From Mobula birostris (lineage: Eukaryota): a DNA stretch of 64,000 nucleotides. Every line of letters starts with the position of its first letter. Position 1 is the stretch's first letter. Below are positions 25,838 to 40,719 of this stretch, piece by piece. Both the position numbers and the translations under genes were made by a program. The notes below the pieces were generated by a model. The model was not told where the DNA came from and did no database searches. It saw only the letters and a list, made by a program, of their open reading frames with translations. The stretch spans positions 44,491,130 to 44,555,129 of the forward strand of contig NC_092375.1 in the NCBI RefSeq assembly GCF_030028105.1, in the 5' to 3' direction.

Positions 25838-26296
25838 TCAACCAAACACTTTCAGGGATCTCCAAAGGTTACGGCACAGAAGGACACCATTCACTTCACT
25901 GATCTGGTGCCATGTTGATCTGAAATGTAAAACAGGAGCTAACATGATGGTGGACAGGATGGGCTCAAACCAATTTACTTCCAGAGGCCAAATCATTCCA
26001 TTTAGCAACCAATCCTCTGAGTGAGGTTCTGCAAGCCTTTCTCCCCCTCCCTGAATAATTGTCAATTTTAAACTGCCTTTCCAGAGGAAATGATAATTTT
26101 TTTTATTCATGCCACGAAACATCTGTTTATTTTGATAAATGAACCATCTCAACTCTCTCATTGTTTCTGTATCTATCTCTGGGACTGTGCCGGGTAAAAC
26201 CATATTATCCATGATGCTGGATTTAATGTCCTCTCTGTAATGGGATGTCTTCTGTAGTTCTAGATTCCAAGAGGTAATTGGGGTGGAAAAAAACAT
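25838..26296 (-). mobile_element. Possible ancient L1/Tx1 ORF2 post-RT fragment
   Basis: FRGMNKKNYHFLWKG..GGERLAEP..WPL..W loosely resembles the L1-clade F.W.GK..GGL..P motif; weak, judged by eye. Confidence 0.3.
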
Positions 26297-26459
26297 GAAA
26301 CGTAGTTGGAATTTTATTTTGCTTCATCAATTCTGCTTGCATTTTCAAGAAATGATACATCACTTTTTCTGTTAGAGGGTGGTGAATCTCGGCAATGAGA
26401 CATTTTAGTCTATATCCCCCACCCCTGCATGATCATTCAAACAACATGTAATGTTAACC

Positions 26460-26728
26460 AGAATTTAGTTTGCCCACAATCCTTTTTGCTATTTCTTTTT
26501 GTGCGCCATACTCTGCCAGACCTCGGCGACCACTTTTTCAAGTGGTTGTCTTGGAGGAAAGATTCCGTCCTTCTCACTGCGCAGTTTTTTTTATGAGGGG
26601 GAGTTGCGAGCTCAACACTCAACCCGGCACAGACGGAAAGCGTGCCTTGGAGCAGCCCGACCGGGTTCGAACTCAGGAACCTTTGCTCCAGAGTCCAGCG
26701 CTGATGTCACTGCACCACCAGCCGGTTA
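26460..26728 (-). mobile_element. tRNA-derived SINE sharing head and body with the 14934 SINE
   Basis: Minus strand reads gctggtggtgcagtgacatcagcgctg..gagttcgaacccggtcg..gctttcc..gggttgagtgttgagctcgcaa. Confidence 0.82.
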
Positions 26729-28594
26729 TTTGCCATTTGCCAAAGCCTTAATTTGAATGAAATTTCAATACTGTGCTTGGTACAGATGATACGGACTATG
26801 AGCCAATGCGGACAAGGTATCATAGGATCATCTATACCAAATGTGGTCACAGACCTCAGGTTTATATTATTTTGCAACCCTTTCTTAATTTGAGCAACAA
26901 ATGCTTCCTTACTCTTTCTATAGTCAGTTTATATTCTACCAAAGATTTGACATCAAGAAGGCTTACATGTTGGCTGCAGCATTACAGCATGTGGTGTTAA
27001 TATCTGATTGAAAGACAAGTTTTGAATGTGTGAGTGGTTCACTGCATTAAGACATTTTAAAGCATTACTGCACTATAGAAAATTTTTTTAATGAGCTGAT
27101 TTCACTGACTATTTTTACGAACATAGAGTCAACTTATGTACATAAACTATCTTATGTATTTATATTTATTGTGTTTTTATATTATCCGGTTCTTTATCTT
27201 ATTGGGTTTATTGTGCTGTATCGAATCCAGAGTAACAATTATTTTGTTCTCCTTTATACTACAGGCAGTATACTGGAAATGGCATTAAAAATTCTTGAAT
27301 CGTGGATCCTGAATAACCAGTATTTAAAGTTGCTTGCTCATAAAGTTCATTTTTTGATAATTATGGTTATACTTGTTTTTAAAAGACATGCAATCTATGC
27401 TCTGTTTTCAACATTCCACATCATGTCTGAATATGGAAAAAAAAACAGCTATTGAAAAAGAAGCAGTCAATTTTAAGTAATATTTCTACATCCAAGCTCA
27501 TCAATTCAAATTTGCTTTCTGTACTTTCAAAGGCTGGACTCGCACAGCTGGCTGGAATGTGAGCCACAGACATTTTGTTTAAGATTCACCACTTTTTGGA
27601 ATGTTGGTCAAATGGTATAAAATAGTAGCAACTGTTAGGATACAACACTGAGACCAATAATAAAGTAATTGTTTTGCTTTGTCTTGCCTAACCCAGATTA
27701 GGTAAATATTGTGGATTTATTTAAACAGTAAGAGCCTTTAACAATGAGTTTCTAGACATTTTTTTGTGTGTGGTGATCATGGAAAAAAATCATTTCTGAA
27801 ATGGGTCAACAGTCACCAAATGCCATTGTTAACTTTTAGAGGTTGGGGAGATTTCTCCAGTTTTATATGTTTGTAGAAAGTGGTGGAGGCTTCTGAACTG
27901 CACCTTTCTGGTCATGTTCAAATACCAAATCAATCAACATAAAAAAAATGCAGACCATCTCAGTTTCCCAGCACTCCTCTTTCTGCATACATCCAGGGCC
28001 GGAACATATGTAGATTCCTGGCTTTCTTCCCAACTGCAGCCAGATGTTACTTATCACAGCAACAGCAAGCCCAATTTCATGCAATGAGCATTTAACTGAT
28101 TCTAATTCCCATGGTAGAAACAATTTGTACTATTTATCATTCCCAACTTGATCCTGAGAGAGTACATCTCAGCCAATGCATTGCACTGAAGAAGCAGTAC
28201 GACTACATGATCCCAAGAGAGTCAATATGGAAACTAGTCCTGGTGTGAGAAAAATTATAATACTCATTAAGACTCGAAGAGTCTTGGAAACAGGCCTGTT
28301 CCTCTGGTTTACCATCTCCGTCCAGTTGGCAAAGACTCCATAATAATACAAGAACTTACGGAAGAATACACATTAAATCCGACTAGTATACCTCATTCTG
28401 TACACAACTGTAGCAATGTACTTCAGCAGTGACCCATATCCCACATTCCAGTCTTTTGGATCATTCATGTTCTGCAATCTGGTATCCAATATATGGATAC
28501 GTGATGAACCCCCACCCTCATTTCTTCAGTGGTTTATCCTCATTGTACATGATGGAGCCAGCCACATGAGGAACTTATTTCTAACAGCTTTACA

Positions 28595-28745
28595 AACAAG
28601 AGAAAATCTGCTAGAAATCCAGGCAACACACACAAAATGCCGGAGGAACTCAGCATCTGTGGAAAACAGTACAGTTGATGGTAACCCTTCGGCAGGACTG
28701 CAGAAAAAAAGCTGAGGGGTAGATTTAAAAGATGGGGGGGTAATT
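28595..28745 (-). mobile_element. PLE terminal-repeat fragment
   Basis: caacacacacaaaatgccggaggaactcagc, followed by a deleted hammerhead remnant (cccttcggcaggact). Confidence 0.7.
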
Positions 28746-28869
28746 TAAAAGCTCAATCAGCTTTGTGTTGTTTAGGGCTCTGTGGTCAGAAAATGTAAAA
28801 TATCATTCATGTCTGGATCTTCAGTGGCATTACTGATATTGAAACTATTTTATATGTGATGATATATAA

Positions 28870-29290
28870 ATGGCACATTCTGCAATTTCGGGCAGGTGGG
28901 GTTTGTAAGCCTTGGACGGCAGCCCACCGAGGAGAAGGAAAACTCTGATTTTAAACCTCCGCTGCCTTGCAGCCATATCCCCCAATGGGAAAGGCTTCAG
29001 GAGTAAACAGCGAGGAAGAAATCCGGAGCTCGGGTCCCTAAGGCAGTTTGATGTTGTTTACAGCTTCACTCTGGCAACCTCTGTGACGACACTGGTGCCA
29101 AGCTGTATCGGTGCTCGCCCTGCCCTTGGACCACATCAGTGACGTGGAGAGGGGGAACAGTCAGTTCTTCAAATCTTTCTGCCCAGGCTTGTGCCCTGGA
29201 GAGGACACAGTACACCAGAGGCACAAACCCATGATTCCATGGGATCTACTACTGGAGTCGTTCTGCAAATTCATACATAGATCGTTTACA
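28870..29290 (+). mobile_element. RTE 5'-UTR-like non-autonomous fragment
   Basis: ggcagcccaccgaggagaaggaaaactctgattttaaacc resembles recalled RTE (Expander/Rex3) 5' UTRs; no ORF. Confidence 0.4.
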
Positions 29291-30104
29291 AATTGAATTT
29301 AAAATATCATGACATGAAGTTCCAAGTTCAAAGTAACTTTGAACTTTATATAGGTAAATAGGTCCATACAGACTAGGTACATCAAAAAAGGCACAACAGC
29401 AATTTGTATTTACATAGTTCTTTTAATATGGTAACCTACCCCAAGATGCTGGCAGCAAATATGAACTCTGTACACTAGAGTAAAAGAACCAGTTGGATGT
29501 ACAAAACTATTTTTTCTGAACTAGGCAAACAAAGTCCAGCGTTAGTTATGCTCCCTCCCTCAGGAGCCCATCATTCACAACATTTTGGACTGCCCCAACA
29601 ATGCTGCAGTTGTGCTACCAGTGCTCTTACCACATTCACTCTATTATATGGCCAATGAAAATTGCTTTCAACCAAATACATTTTCTGATTCTCCCAATAT
29701 TTCAGTCCACAACTCAAAATACTACCTTGGGATATGATCCAATTACATAAAAAACAAAATCTATAATATTATTTCTCAATGTTTTTCACAATATAGTGGA
29801 TGTAATAAAAACAGTTGACTTGCCTATTATTGCACTGCATTGAAATTAAACGCTGCTCCTTGATAAACCCCAAGGTGACCCATGCTGGAAGATTCCATTC
29901 CCAATGCAGTTACAGGGCACTGGTGCTTCAAACAAGAATCATTGTTTTATTCTAACAGGAATATGCTTACAATATTGACGTAATTCCATCCTCTGTCTCT
30001 ATGAATTCTTTACATATATTACTGTACCACACACACCATGAACAGATATGAATTTAAATATAGCAAAGAATAGCTGGCATTGGCAACCATCAAACATCAT
30101 AGTT

Positions 30105-30205
30105 TTAACACCGACAAAGTGCTGGAGGAACTCCGTAGATCAGGCAGCATCCATGGAGTGGAATAAACAGTCCACATTTTGGGGTGACTCCCTTCATCAG
30201 GACTA
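30105..30205 (-). mobile_element. PLE terminal-repeat fragment with decayed hammerhead motif
   Basis: acaaagtgctggaggaactc..cccttcatcaggact. Confidence 0.7.
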
Positions 30206-30469
30206 GAAATAGTTGTACATCACTCATAAGCATGTGCAGATTATTATACTAGTAATTGGACATTCCAAGTCAAATAAAACATGTCAATCTATCTGTGTCA
30301 TCTCCATTATGTTAAACATGAAAGTTTATTAATATTTGTCTTTGTAATCCTGCTCAAAAACCAGACATCCCCCTCTGCACCTGGATCCTTGACTTCCTCA
30401 TCAGCCCACTACAGTCCGCATGAACTGGAAATAACATCACTTTGCTCAAGGATGTGTGCTTAGCCCACT

Positions 30470-31860
30470 GCTCCACTCTCTACATACATGACCATGTGGC
30501 TAGGTGCAGCTCAAATACCATCCATAAATTTGCCAAAAACTAAACCATTATTGGCAGAATTTCAGATGGTGATAAGGAGGCGAAAACATCAATAATTTCA
30601 GAAATGCAGATGACACTGTGTTAATTGCAAGTACAGAGGAAGAACTACAAAACTTAATTGATATATTTGTTGAAGAAAGTACAAAAATTGCAAAAAGACA
30701 GAATGTATGGTGATATCCAAAAAGGAGAATCCTATCTGCAGACTGAGAATAAACGGGGAAGACATAAAACAAGTACAGAACTTTTGCTACTTAGGAAGCT
30801 GGGTGACATCAGATGGCAGGTGTGACATGGACATCAAAAGAAGAATAGGGATGGCAAAAGACACCTTTACGAGAATGAAGAGTATACTGACCAATACTAA
30901 ACTAGGCATGACAACCTGCCTCAGAGTACTGAAATGTTACTTTTATCCAGTTATGTTATATGGCTCAGAATGTTGGACAATATCTAGTAACATGAGGAAA
31001 CGAATTGAAGCAGCAGAAATGTGGTTTTTGAGGAGGATGCAAAGAATATCATGGACGAAATGAATATCTAACGAGGATGTCATGAGCAGAGCAAACACAA
31101 AAAGAGAAATAATGTATGAGATCATGAAAAGGCAATGTAACTTCATTGAACATGTGATTAGAAAAGAGGAGTTTGAATGCACAGTAATTATGGGAAAGAT
31201 TGAAAGGAAGAAAGCAAGAGGAAGACAAAGACAAATGATGATGGAGACAGCAGCCAGAGAACTGGAAATGAATACCAATGAATTGATCTACTTGACCCGA
31301 AATAGGAGTGCGTGGGCCATGACAGTCAAAACTCAAACTGGGCATGGCACCTGATGATGATGATAAGGAGGCATAGAGGAGTGAGATAGATCAGCTAGTT
31401 GAGTGGTTTTGCAATAACAACTTTGCCCCCAGTGCAGCAAAAACAAGGAACCCATTGTGTACTTCAGAAAGGAGAAGTCGAGGGAACACACACCAGTCCT
31501 CATCAAAGAAAATGCAGTGGAATGGGCGGGCAGTTTCAAGTTCCCTGGTGCCAACATCCCTGAAGTTCTATGCTGGGGCCACGTCTTGATGCAGTTACAA
31601 AGAAGACATGACAGTGGCTATATTTCATTAGGAGTTTGAAGATACCTGGTATGTCACCAAAGACTCATCCAAGTTTCTGCTGATGTACCGTGGAGAGCAT
31701 TCTAACTTGCTGCATCACCGTCTGATATGGAGGGGCCACTGCACAGCATCGGAAAAAAAGCTACAGAAAGTTGTGAACTCAGTCAGCTCCAGCAAGGACG
31801 CTAGCCTCCCCAGCAAAAAATGATGCCTGAAAAAGGCAGCATCCATCATTAAAGACCAAG
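30470..31860 (+). mobile_element. Rex1/Babar RT 3' fragment interrupted by an RTE insertion
   Basis: tgaccatgtggctagg..cataaatttgcc..ggcagaatttcagatggtgat resumes after 31372 and includes GSFKFPG. Confidence 0.75.
30582..31360 (+). mobile_element. RTE (BovB-like) LINE 3' fragment with TSD
   Basis: ORFs 30707-31063 (FCYLGS..DGRC..RRIGMAK..LYGSECWT) and 31082-31354. (TGA)n tail. TSD TGATAAGGAGGC at 30570-30581 and 31361-31372. Confidence 0.9.
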
Positions 31861-33954
31861 GAGGCTACAGTACGTGGAAGCATCAATGACATTACCAATG
31901 GATAGCTAGTTATTAGATGAGGAAGAATTACTTCACTGATTATTAAGTGATGGTTTGTGAGGGACATTAACACACAGCTTTTCTGCAGGAGAGGCTTGCT
32001 TAGACATAGCTGCATGATGATATTTATATTTGTAAGGGCCTCGCTGTGTATTTGCTGAGTGAGATGAAGCTTGTTTCACTGAGGAAGATGTCACTAGAAA
32101 ATGTGCTAACGTACGGGCAAAAATCTAGTTCAGCATCAAGTCAGGGTCTTTTGTCACCCGTTAGGAAATCCTGAGCCAACATTTTGGAAAGGGGATTCCG
32201 AGACAATTCAAAACATGAGATAGTTAGTAATCAAAGCATCAGCATAAATTAATCATGTACAACTCAAAAAGAGAGGATTTAAAATTCAAGATTCAAAATT
32301 GTACCTGCAGTTATGCTGACGTTGACTAAAAATGTAAGGAGTTTTCATGCTTTTAGTGAAGACAACTTGTCAAATCTGTTATTTCTTAGGAAATAGAAAT
32401 TCACACTGAAACTGGGATTAGTTGACCTGAATGGTGACAAAGTTCTTTTTATGATGTTCATGTATTCTATTTCAAGGTCATTTCCATTTAGATCAAAGTA
32501 TACTTAGAAAAATGTTATTATGTTTAGATTTAGAAACTCAGCAGCAATGCACTTTCCCCCCCCCCCACTCCAACTCAGTAATGGATTAAATTCAGAGAGC
32601 AACGTGATTGTGACCATTTCCAAAGTGCACTGTTCCATTCCAGAATATCAACTCCTCAGAAACTAGGTCATGATGGTCAAAGATGCACCTGTTACTGGGA
32701 ACTCTGGGAGCAAACTGCTTCTGGTAATTTCACATACTCTCCCTTTATCCCACTAATGTGGGCAGGTCTTTGTTTCAATGGCTATTTTTCTCTGAAAGTA
32801 ATTGTCAACATATCAATTTTAATCTGTAGCTTAGCACCAAAAATACCTCTGACCTCTCCATCCCTCCTCCTGTTTACAAATCAAAGCGTTCGTTTTCTCG
32901 ATTTTCCAGTTCTGGTGTAAGATCTGTAACCTGAAACATTAACTGTTTATATCCCATTGATGTATACTGACTGGCTCAGATCTTCTAGGTTTTCCATTTT
33001 CTTCCAAATGTGGCACATCTTCAGCTTTTTTGCTCCAGGTCTTCATAGTTTTGCTCTATCTACTGTAGCATAATGCAACATGACCCCTATGAAAAGACCC
33101 TAGCCTCATGCAGGGAACCTGATAATAGAGGGTCCTCTTCAAATCTTATCACTTGCTAGCCCTCTACACATCCCAACTGGCAGAAACCCTTTGAATTTTC
33201 AATACTGGGATCGCTTCCAAAAGCCTAAGTACAAACTGCAGACACTCAAAATATATAGCCCTTTTATTAGTGTTGAAGGATGCCTCTATCAATCTACAAC
33301 CTAGTCAGAAGGTTAAGTGACAAAACTGATATGTTCTGAACTGTGCATTAAGTGGCTAGTGGAAAGTGGATTCCAGTTAATTGGGCCATCAGCTAATTGG
33401 GGCAGCTGGTTATTTGGGACAACGTTTAAGGAACAGGAACTAAATCAAGAAAATTGCCAGGATTTCTTTAATTTATGTGGGACACTAAGTTGCTTAATTG
33501 TTTAATTGTGGTAGAATACTCTTGCCGAACAGGTTCTAATTCTTGTGTGACCGCTAGCTGCTATGCCGTGTTTAGAACAATCAGTTTTTAAGTGGCATCA
33601 ATCGCGTGTGCTTAAGTTCAAAAAGCAGTGATTTATGTCACTGATAGCTGGCGAGAAATAAGCAGCAGGACAAGTAGGAACCATTTTACTCACTGCAGTT
33701 TCATGGCTTCATGCCTGAAGATGTCAGAAACAAGAGTGAAAATGAAATTATTTCACTACTTCAATAAGTTAGGAACTGTAAAGAATTTGAAGGTACCGAC
33801 AATCATTTTGAATATTACAATGAAAAGGAAAATTTGGAAGATGCAAATGTCAATAGCATTGTATGAATGTAGCCCATTGTCTACACTAGGTGTCTGTGCT
33901 GAATCTGTTCATTACATATACTGGATGAATTCCTCTATCGATTACTATTTGGAA

Positions 33955-35120
33955 CTAACACACATAAAAGTTGCAGGTGAACACAGCAGGCCAGGCAGCA
34001 TCTCTAGAAAGAGGTGCGGTCAATGTTTCGGGCCGAGACCCTTAGTCAGGATTAATTGAAAGAAGAGATAGTAAGAGATTTGAAAGTGGGAGGGGGAGGG
34101 GAAGATACGAAATGATAGGAGAAGACAGGAGGGGGAGGGATGGAGCCAAGAGGGGGACAGTTGATTGGCAAATGGGATATGAGGGGATCATGGGACAGGA
34201 GACCTAGAGAGAAAGAAAAGGGGGAGGGGGGGAACCCATAGGATGGGCAAGGGGTATAGTGAGAGGGACAGAGGGAGAAAAAGGAGAGAAAGAACACCTT
34301 ATATTCCATCTGGGTAACCTCCAACCTGATGGCATGAACATTGACTTCTCAAACTTCTGCTAATGCCCCACCTCCCCCTCGTAACCCATCCGTTATTTAT
34401 TTATATACACAAACTCTTTTTCTCTCTCTCCTTTTTCTCCCTCTGTCCCTCTCACCATACCCCTTCCCATCCTCTGGGCTTTTCCCCCCTCCCCCTTTTC
34501 TTTCTCCCTAGGCCTCTTGTCCCATGATCCTCTCATATCCCTTTTGCCAATCAACTGTCCAGCTCCTGGCTTCATCTCTCCCCCTCCCGTCTTCTCCTAT
34601 CATTTCAGATCTCCCCCTCCCCCTCCCACTTTCAAATCTCTTACTAGCTTTTCTTTCAGTTAGTCCTGACGAAGGGTCTCAGCCCGAAACGTCGACTGTA
34701 CCTCTTCCTAGAGATGCTGCCTGGCCTGCTGCGTTCACCAGAAACTTTGATGTGTGTTGTTAGAAAGAAAAAGTATGTGTGTATATAAATAAATAAATAA
34801 TGGATGGGGTACGAGGGGGAGGTGGGGCATTAGCGGAAGTTTGAGAAGTCAACCATCAGGTTGGAGACTACCCAGACGGAATATAAGGTGTTGCTCCTCC
34901 AGCATGAGTGTGGCTTCATCTTTACAGTAGAGGAGGCCGTGGATAGACATATCAGAATGGGAATGGGACGTGCAATTAAAATGTGTGGCCACTGGGAGAT
35001 CCTGCTTTCTCTGGCGGACAGAGCGTAAGTATTCAGCGAAACAATCTCCCAGTCTGCGTCGGGTCTTGCCAATATATAGAAGGCTGCATCGGGAGCACCG
35101 GGATACAAGGCAGGGAACTT
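33955..35120 (-). mobile_element. PLE 3' part (GIY-YIG C-half and terminal repeat) with an internal inverted copy at ~34292-34759
   Basis: ORF 34849-35166 reads CSRCSLLYIGKTRRRLGD.FAE.LRSV..PVATHFN..EEQHLIFRLGSLQPDG; the inverted arm is visible by complementarity. Confidence 0.9.
34662..34697 (+). ncRNA. Minimal type I hammerhead ribozyme motif, intact core
   Basis: AGUC-CUGACGA-A-GGG(UCUCAG)CCC-GAAA-CG-UC^GACU, with predicted cleavage after 34693. Confidence 0.75.
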
Positions 35121-36651
35121 CCAATATGAAGCATGAAGCCGTGCAGTGTAACGGCATAGCTGGCAACCCAATTTGAAAGATTCAAACATGGAACTGCACA
35201 GGATGTGGCTCTTTAGTGATTCATTTCTCTTGTAGCATAGAACTGCTCACTCTGGATACTGCTTGGGGCTACAGTTGCCAAATGAACAGCAAAGCTGCTT
35301 CTACCCATAAACCACCAGAGAAAATGCTGCTAACTGGGTTGATGGCATTAAATAAATTATAGTTAATCTCTGCAGATGCTGACAATGGCACTTACTTCTT
35401 AACCTATTAATTTATAACAAATAAATTGAAAAGGATTTGAAATCATTCTATGAAAAAAATACAGGGCTGATTGTCTAGTTCAAACCCAAAAATAGTTTTT
35501 AATGAGTTCAAAAAAGCTGGAGTTTCAAAGTAATTACGAAGTCCACAGAGACATCATTCAGTATTGTACATTCCAGCTGGTTACAAGTTTCAAAGGATTT
35601 TTAAATCAATTTACAATAAAGATAAGCAGCAGTTTAGTACAACCCTAACATGTGCAATCCAACCACCTGCATATGTCAGAGTACTACAGCTTAAACAGGC
35701 CCTTCAGCCCATCTAGTGCATGCCTACATGATCTCCTACCAGTCCCCATCTACCTGCACCTAGAGCATATGCCTCCAAACCCCTCTCATCCATGTAGCTC
35801 TCTAACCCTCTCTGAAATGTTAGAAAGAATCCATACTGACCACTCCCTCCAGCAGGTGATGCTAATAACCACCCACAAACTTCACACTTCAGGTGGGCTC
35901 AATTCCTTGTTTCATTTTTGTTCCCACCTGCACATTCTCCACGCAAGTTCTAGCAATCAGAACGTGTGGGTAACAGGTCCCTCCACCAGCTACTCAGTTA
36001 CCCCTTCGGCAGTGGGAATTCATCATTTGAATAATGAGGCCAATCACCTGCTCTTCAACTGCACCCAGGACTGGTCCTGGCTTAACAACTAAACTTGCTG
36101 GGTTAGGAAACAAATCTTGTTGTCACTGGACCACTGCGTGGATTGCAGTGCCTTAACGTCTGTGCATGTGCACGTGGGAAGGATGGACGGAGGGAGGGAG
36201 AGAGGCTAGTTTCACCTTTTATATAGAACGTAATGACTCCTATGCTAGAGCTGAACTTGCAAATCATTTACTCTATCATTCCTGCACTGAACAAAACTAA
36301 TACCCAAAAAGATTTAAAAATACTCAAATAGCACAACTGATCCTTTTTCTGTAACACACAATGACACACTCCCGCAAAGCCTTCCTTTCTTCCCTCATGT
36401 ACCCTACCATCAACTCTGAGCTTTCCATCTGCCTTCTCAAGATTGTGCCCAGACCCACAATGCTCTGTTACAGTGCCCGATCTATAGTCCTCCCCCATAG
36501 TTAGCATCACACGTTACTCTGCACACTTACTAAATGATGCCCTGTTGCAGAGATCCATCAGCAATCTCCCACACACTGTCCTGACTGCGTCACAAACAGC
36601 CAAAAGAATGAGATAATAGAGTAGGGAACTACACAGGTTCTGACACATCTA

Positions 36652-38283
<1,632 letters not shown>

Positions 38284-38832
38284 TATTTACAATGTTGGTA
38301 CTGACACTAACGGAGGAGATGGACTAGAATATAAAAGCAAGGATGTTGGGACTTTATAAGGCATTGGTCAGACCATATTTGGAGTGAACAGTCTTGGGTC
38401 ATATATCTAATAAAGGATGTGCTGGCATTGGAGAAGGTCCAGGGGAGGTTTACAAGAATGATCCCAGGAATTAAATGGTTAATATATGACCAGTGTTTGA
38501 TAGATTGGGGCCTGTACTCACTGAAATTTAGAAGAATGTGGGGTGGAGGAGGGGAGACAATTTGAGTATTGGAAGGCCAAGACAGAGTGGACATGAAAAA
38601 GATGTTTCAATTAATGGGAGTCTAGGACCAGAGGGCACAGCCTCAGAACAGAAGAAGTCCTTTTGAAGAGAGGTGACTAGGATTTTTTTTAGCCAGGGGG
38701 TAGTGAATTTATAGAATTCATTACTGCAGATGGTTGTGGAGGCCATGTAATTGGGTATATTTAAAGTGGAGGTTGATAGGTTCTTGATTAGTAGGGGTAT
38801 CAAAGGTTACAAGGAGAAGACAAGAGAATGGA

Positions 38833-40550
38833 TGATGAAGTGGTGGAGTGGGGTTATGATTGGGGATGTAGATTTTCAGTAGACAAAACTCAATCTGTAT
38901 TTTTTACCAGGAAAAGGGTTGAGGTAGGGAAGCAGTTAAGGATGTATGGGGTTGAATTAGAAAGGGTTGCATCATTTAAATTTCTGGGAGTTATATTTGA
39001 TTCACGATTAACATGGGCAGACCATATCAGGAAAGTTGAGGAGAAATGTAAAAAAGCAATAAATGTGATGAGATGTTTGACTGGTAGGGAATGGGGAGCA
39101 AGTTGTTCAGCTTTGAAGAGAATGTATGTGGCTTTAGTAAGATCTGTATTGGATTATGGAAATATAGTATATGGATCAGCAGCTAGGTCTCTTATAAGGA
39201 AACTGGATGTGATTCAGGCTCAGGACTTGAGAGTGTGCAGTGGGGCTTTTAAAACGTCACCAGTGTCAGCCCTACAGGTAGAAATGGGAATAATGCCTTT
39301 GGAACTAAGAAGGATGCAACTGATGGCAAACTACTGGGCTAACTTGCAGGGGCACAATGATTCTCACCCTACTAAAGGAGTGTTGCAGGAGTGCTGGGAA
39401 AATGGGAGGTTTCAGAGGGATACCTTTAGTCGGGTAGGGAATGATATCGCGAAAGAATGTGGAGTATTTGATCTGAGGATAAGTCCTTCAGTAGTTTATC
39501 CGGTTGTAGCTCCATGGAAGCTTGTATGGCCTGACATAGACTGGCATTTGTTAGAGGTAAAAAGGAAAGAAAGATATAAAACAGATTTGGTAAATGCATT
39601 TAACTGTCATGTGATGGAAAAGTATAGTGATTATACTCACATTTATACGGATGGTGCGAAGGAACCTGCAACAGGAGTGACAGGGTTTGGGGTGGTCATA
39701 CCAGCAAAAGAAATTGGAATCAGCAGAAGAACATCTAATAAGTTAGGAGTGTTTACAGCGGAGATGCTGGCGGTGTTGGTTGCGTTGCAATGGGTGCAGA
39801 AAGCCAGACAAGCCAAAGCATTGATATGTTCAGATTCATCCTCAGTTCTAGCAAGTTTAAGGTCTTTTCACACAAACAGTCGGCAAGATGTACTTTATGA
39901 AGTCCTTCAGTTAGTTACAAGAATTGCAAATCAGGGAGGTCAGGTAAAATTTCTATGGGTTCCAGCACATGTAGGGGTGAAGGGGAATGAGAGGGTGGAT
40001 GAGTTGGCAAAGAGGGCGTTAAAGAAAGAAAATGTGGAAATGCACATTAGTATCAGTAAAGCAGAGGTTAAGTGTGTAATCTGGGAAAAAGTCAACCGAA
40101 TGTGGCAAGAAAGATGGGACAGGGAGGGGAAAGGGAGGCATTTATATCAAATACAAAAGAGTGTTGCAGTTACTAGGGTAGGTAATGGAAACAGAAGAGA
40201 GGGAATTGTGTGGACTAGGTTAAGGCTGGGGCATTGTGCATTAAACAAAACATTGAAAATGATAGGGAAACACCAGACAGGATTGTGTGAGGAATGTCAG
40301 GAAGAGGAGTCAGTAGAACATGTAGTTTTGTGTTGCAGGAAGTATGGGATACAGAGAGAGATGATGAGAAATAAATTAAGGGAGTTGGGGATGCAGGAAT
40401 TCACATTAAAAGGGTTGCTGGGCATGGGTGAGAAAGCACAAGTCCGGGTATTTTTAGCGTTTTTAAGGGGTACAGGGGTTTTTTATAGAATATGACGAAT
40501 AAACAGGAATAGGATACTAGGATGGTCAAAGATGGGAGGGTGAAGTGTAG

Positions 40551-40609
<59 letters not shown>

Positions 40610-40719
40610 AGATTGGGTGAAGGGATTTAGAATGTATGTCTAGTGCACATTCTGGAGCAGAGGGTGGCGGTAATGCACCATTAAGCTGGATGCCAACCGC
40701 CGTAAAACAAGATACAGAC
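38833..40719 (+). mobile_element. 5'-truncated I-group (Nimb-like) LINE: RT thumb, RNase H, CCHC finger, 3' UTR
   Basis: Uninterrupted 555-codon frame with FKFLGV.FD..LTW..H, RNase H YTDG/AEM/SDS/WVPAHVG..GNE.VD.LAK and CEEC..ESVEHVVLCC. 15-bp TSD AGACAAGAGAATGGA at 38818-38832 and 40720-40734. Confidence 0.9.
40553..40606. repeat. (GT)27 microsatellite in the LINE 3' UTR
   Basis: Direct reading. Confidence 0.97.

Noticed and set aside
33360-33520. Possible Tigger/pogo-type MITE end (also near 21780-21850)
   Set aside because: Only one terminus is recognisable, with no matching inverted end or TSD.
16847-34053. Six further hammerhead-like motifs as active ribozymes
   Set aside because: Each has core or cleavage-site lesions (for example U4>C, G8>U/A, G12>A, lost palindrome, or a deletion).
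38828-40495. Independent 555-aa host gene (domesticated RNase H)
   Set aside because: The start codon comes from the TSD, the copy is 5'-truncated within RT, and it retains the LINE 3' UTR.
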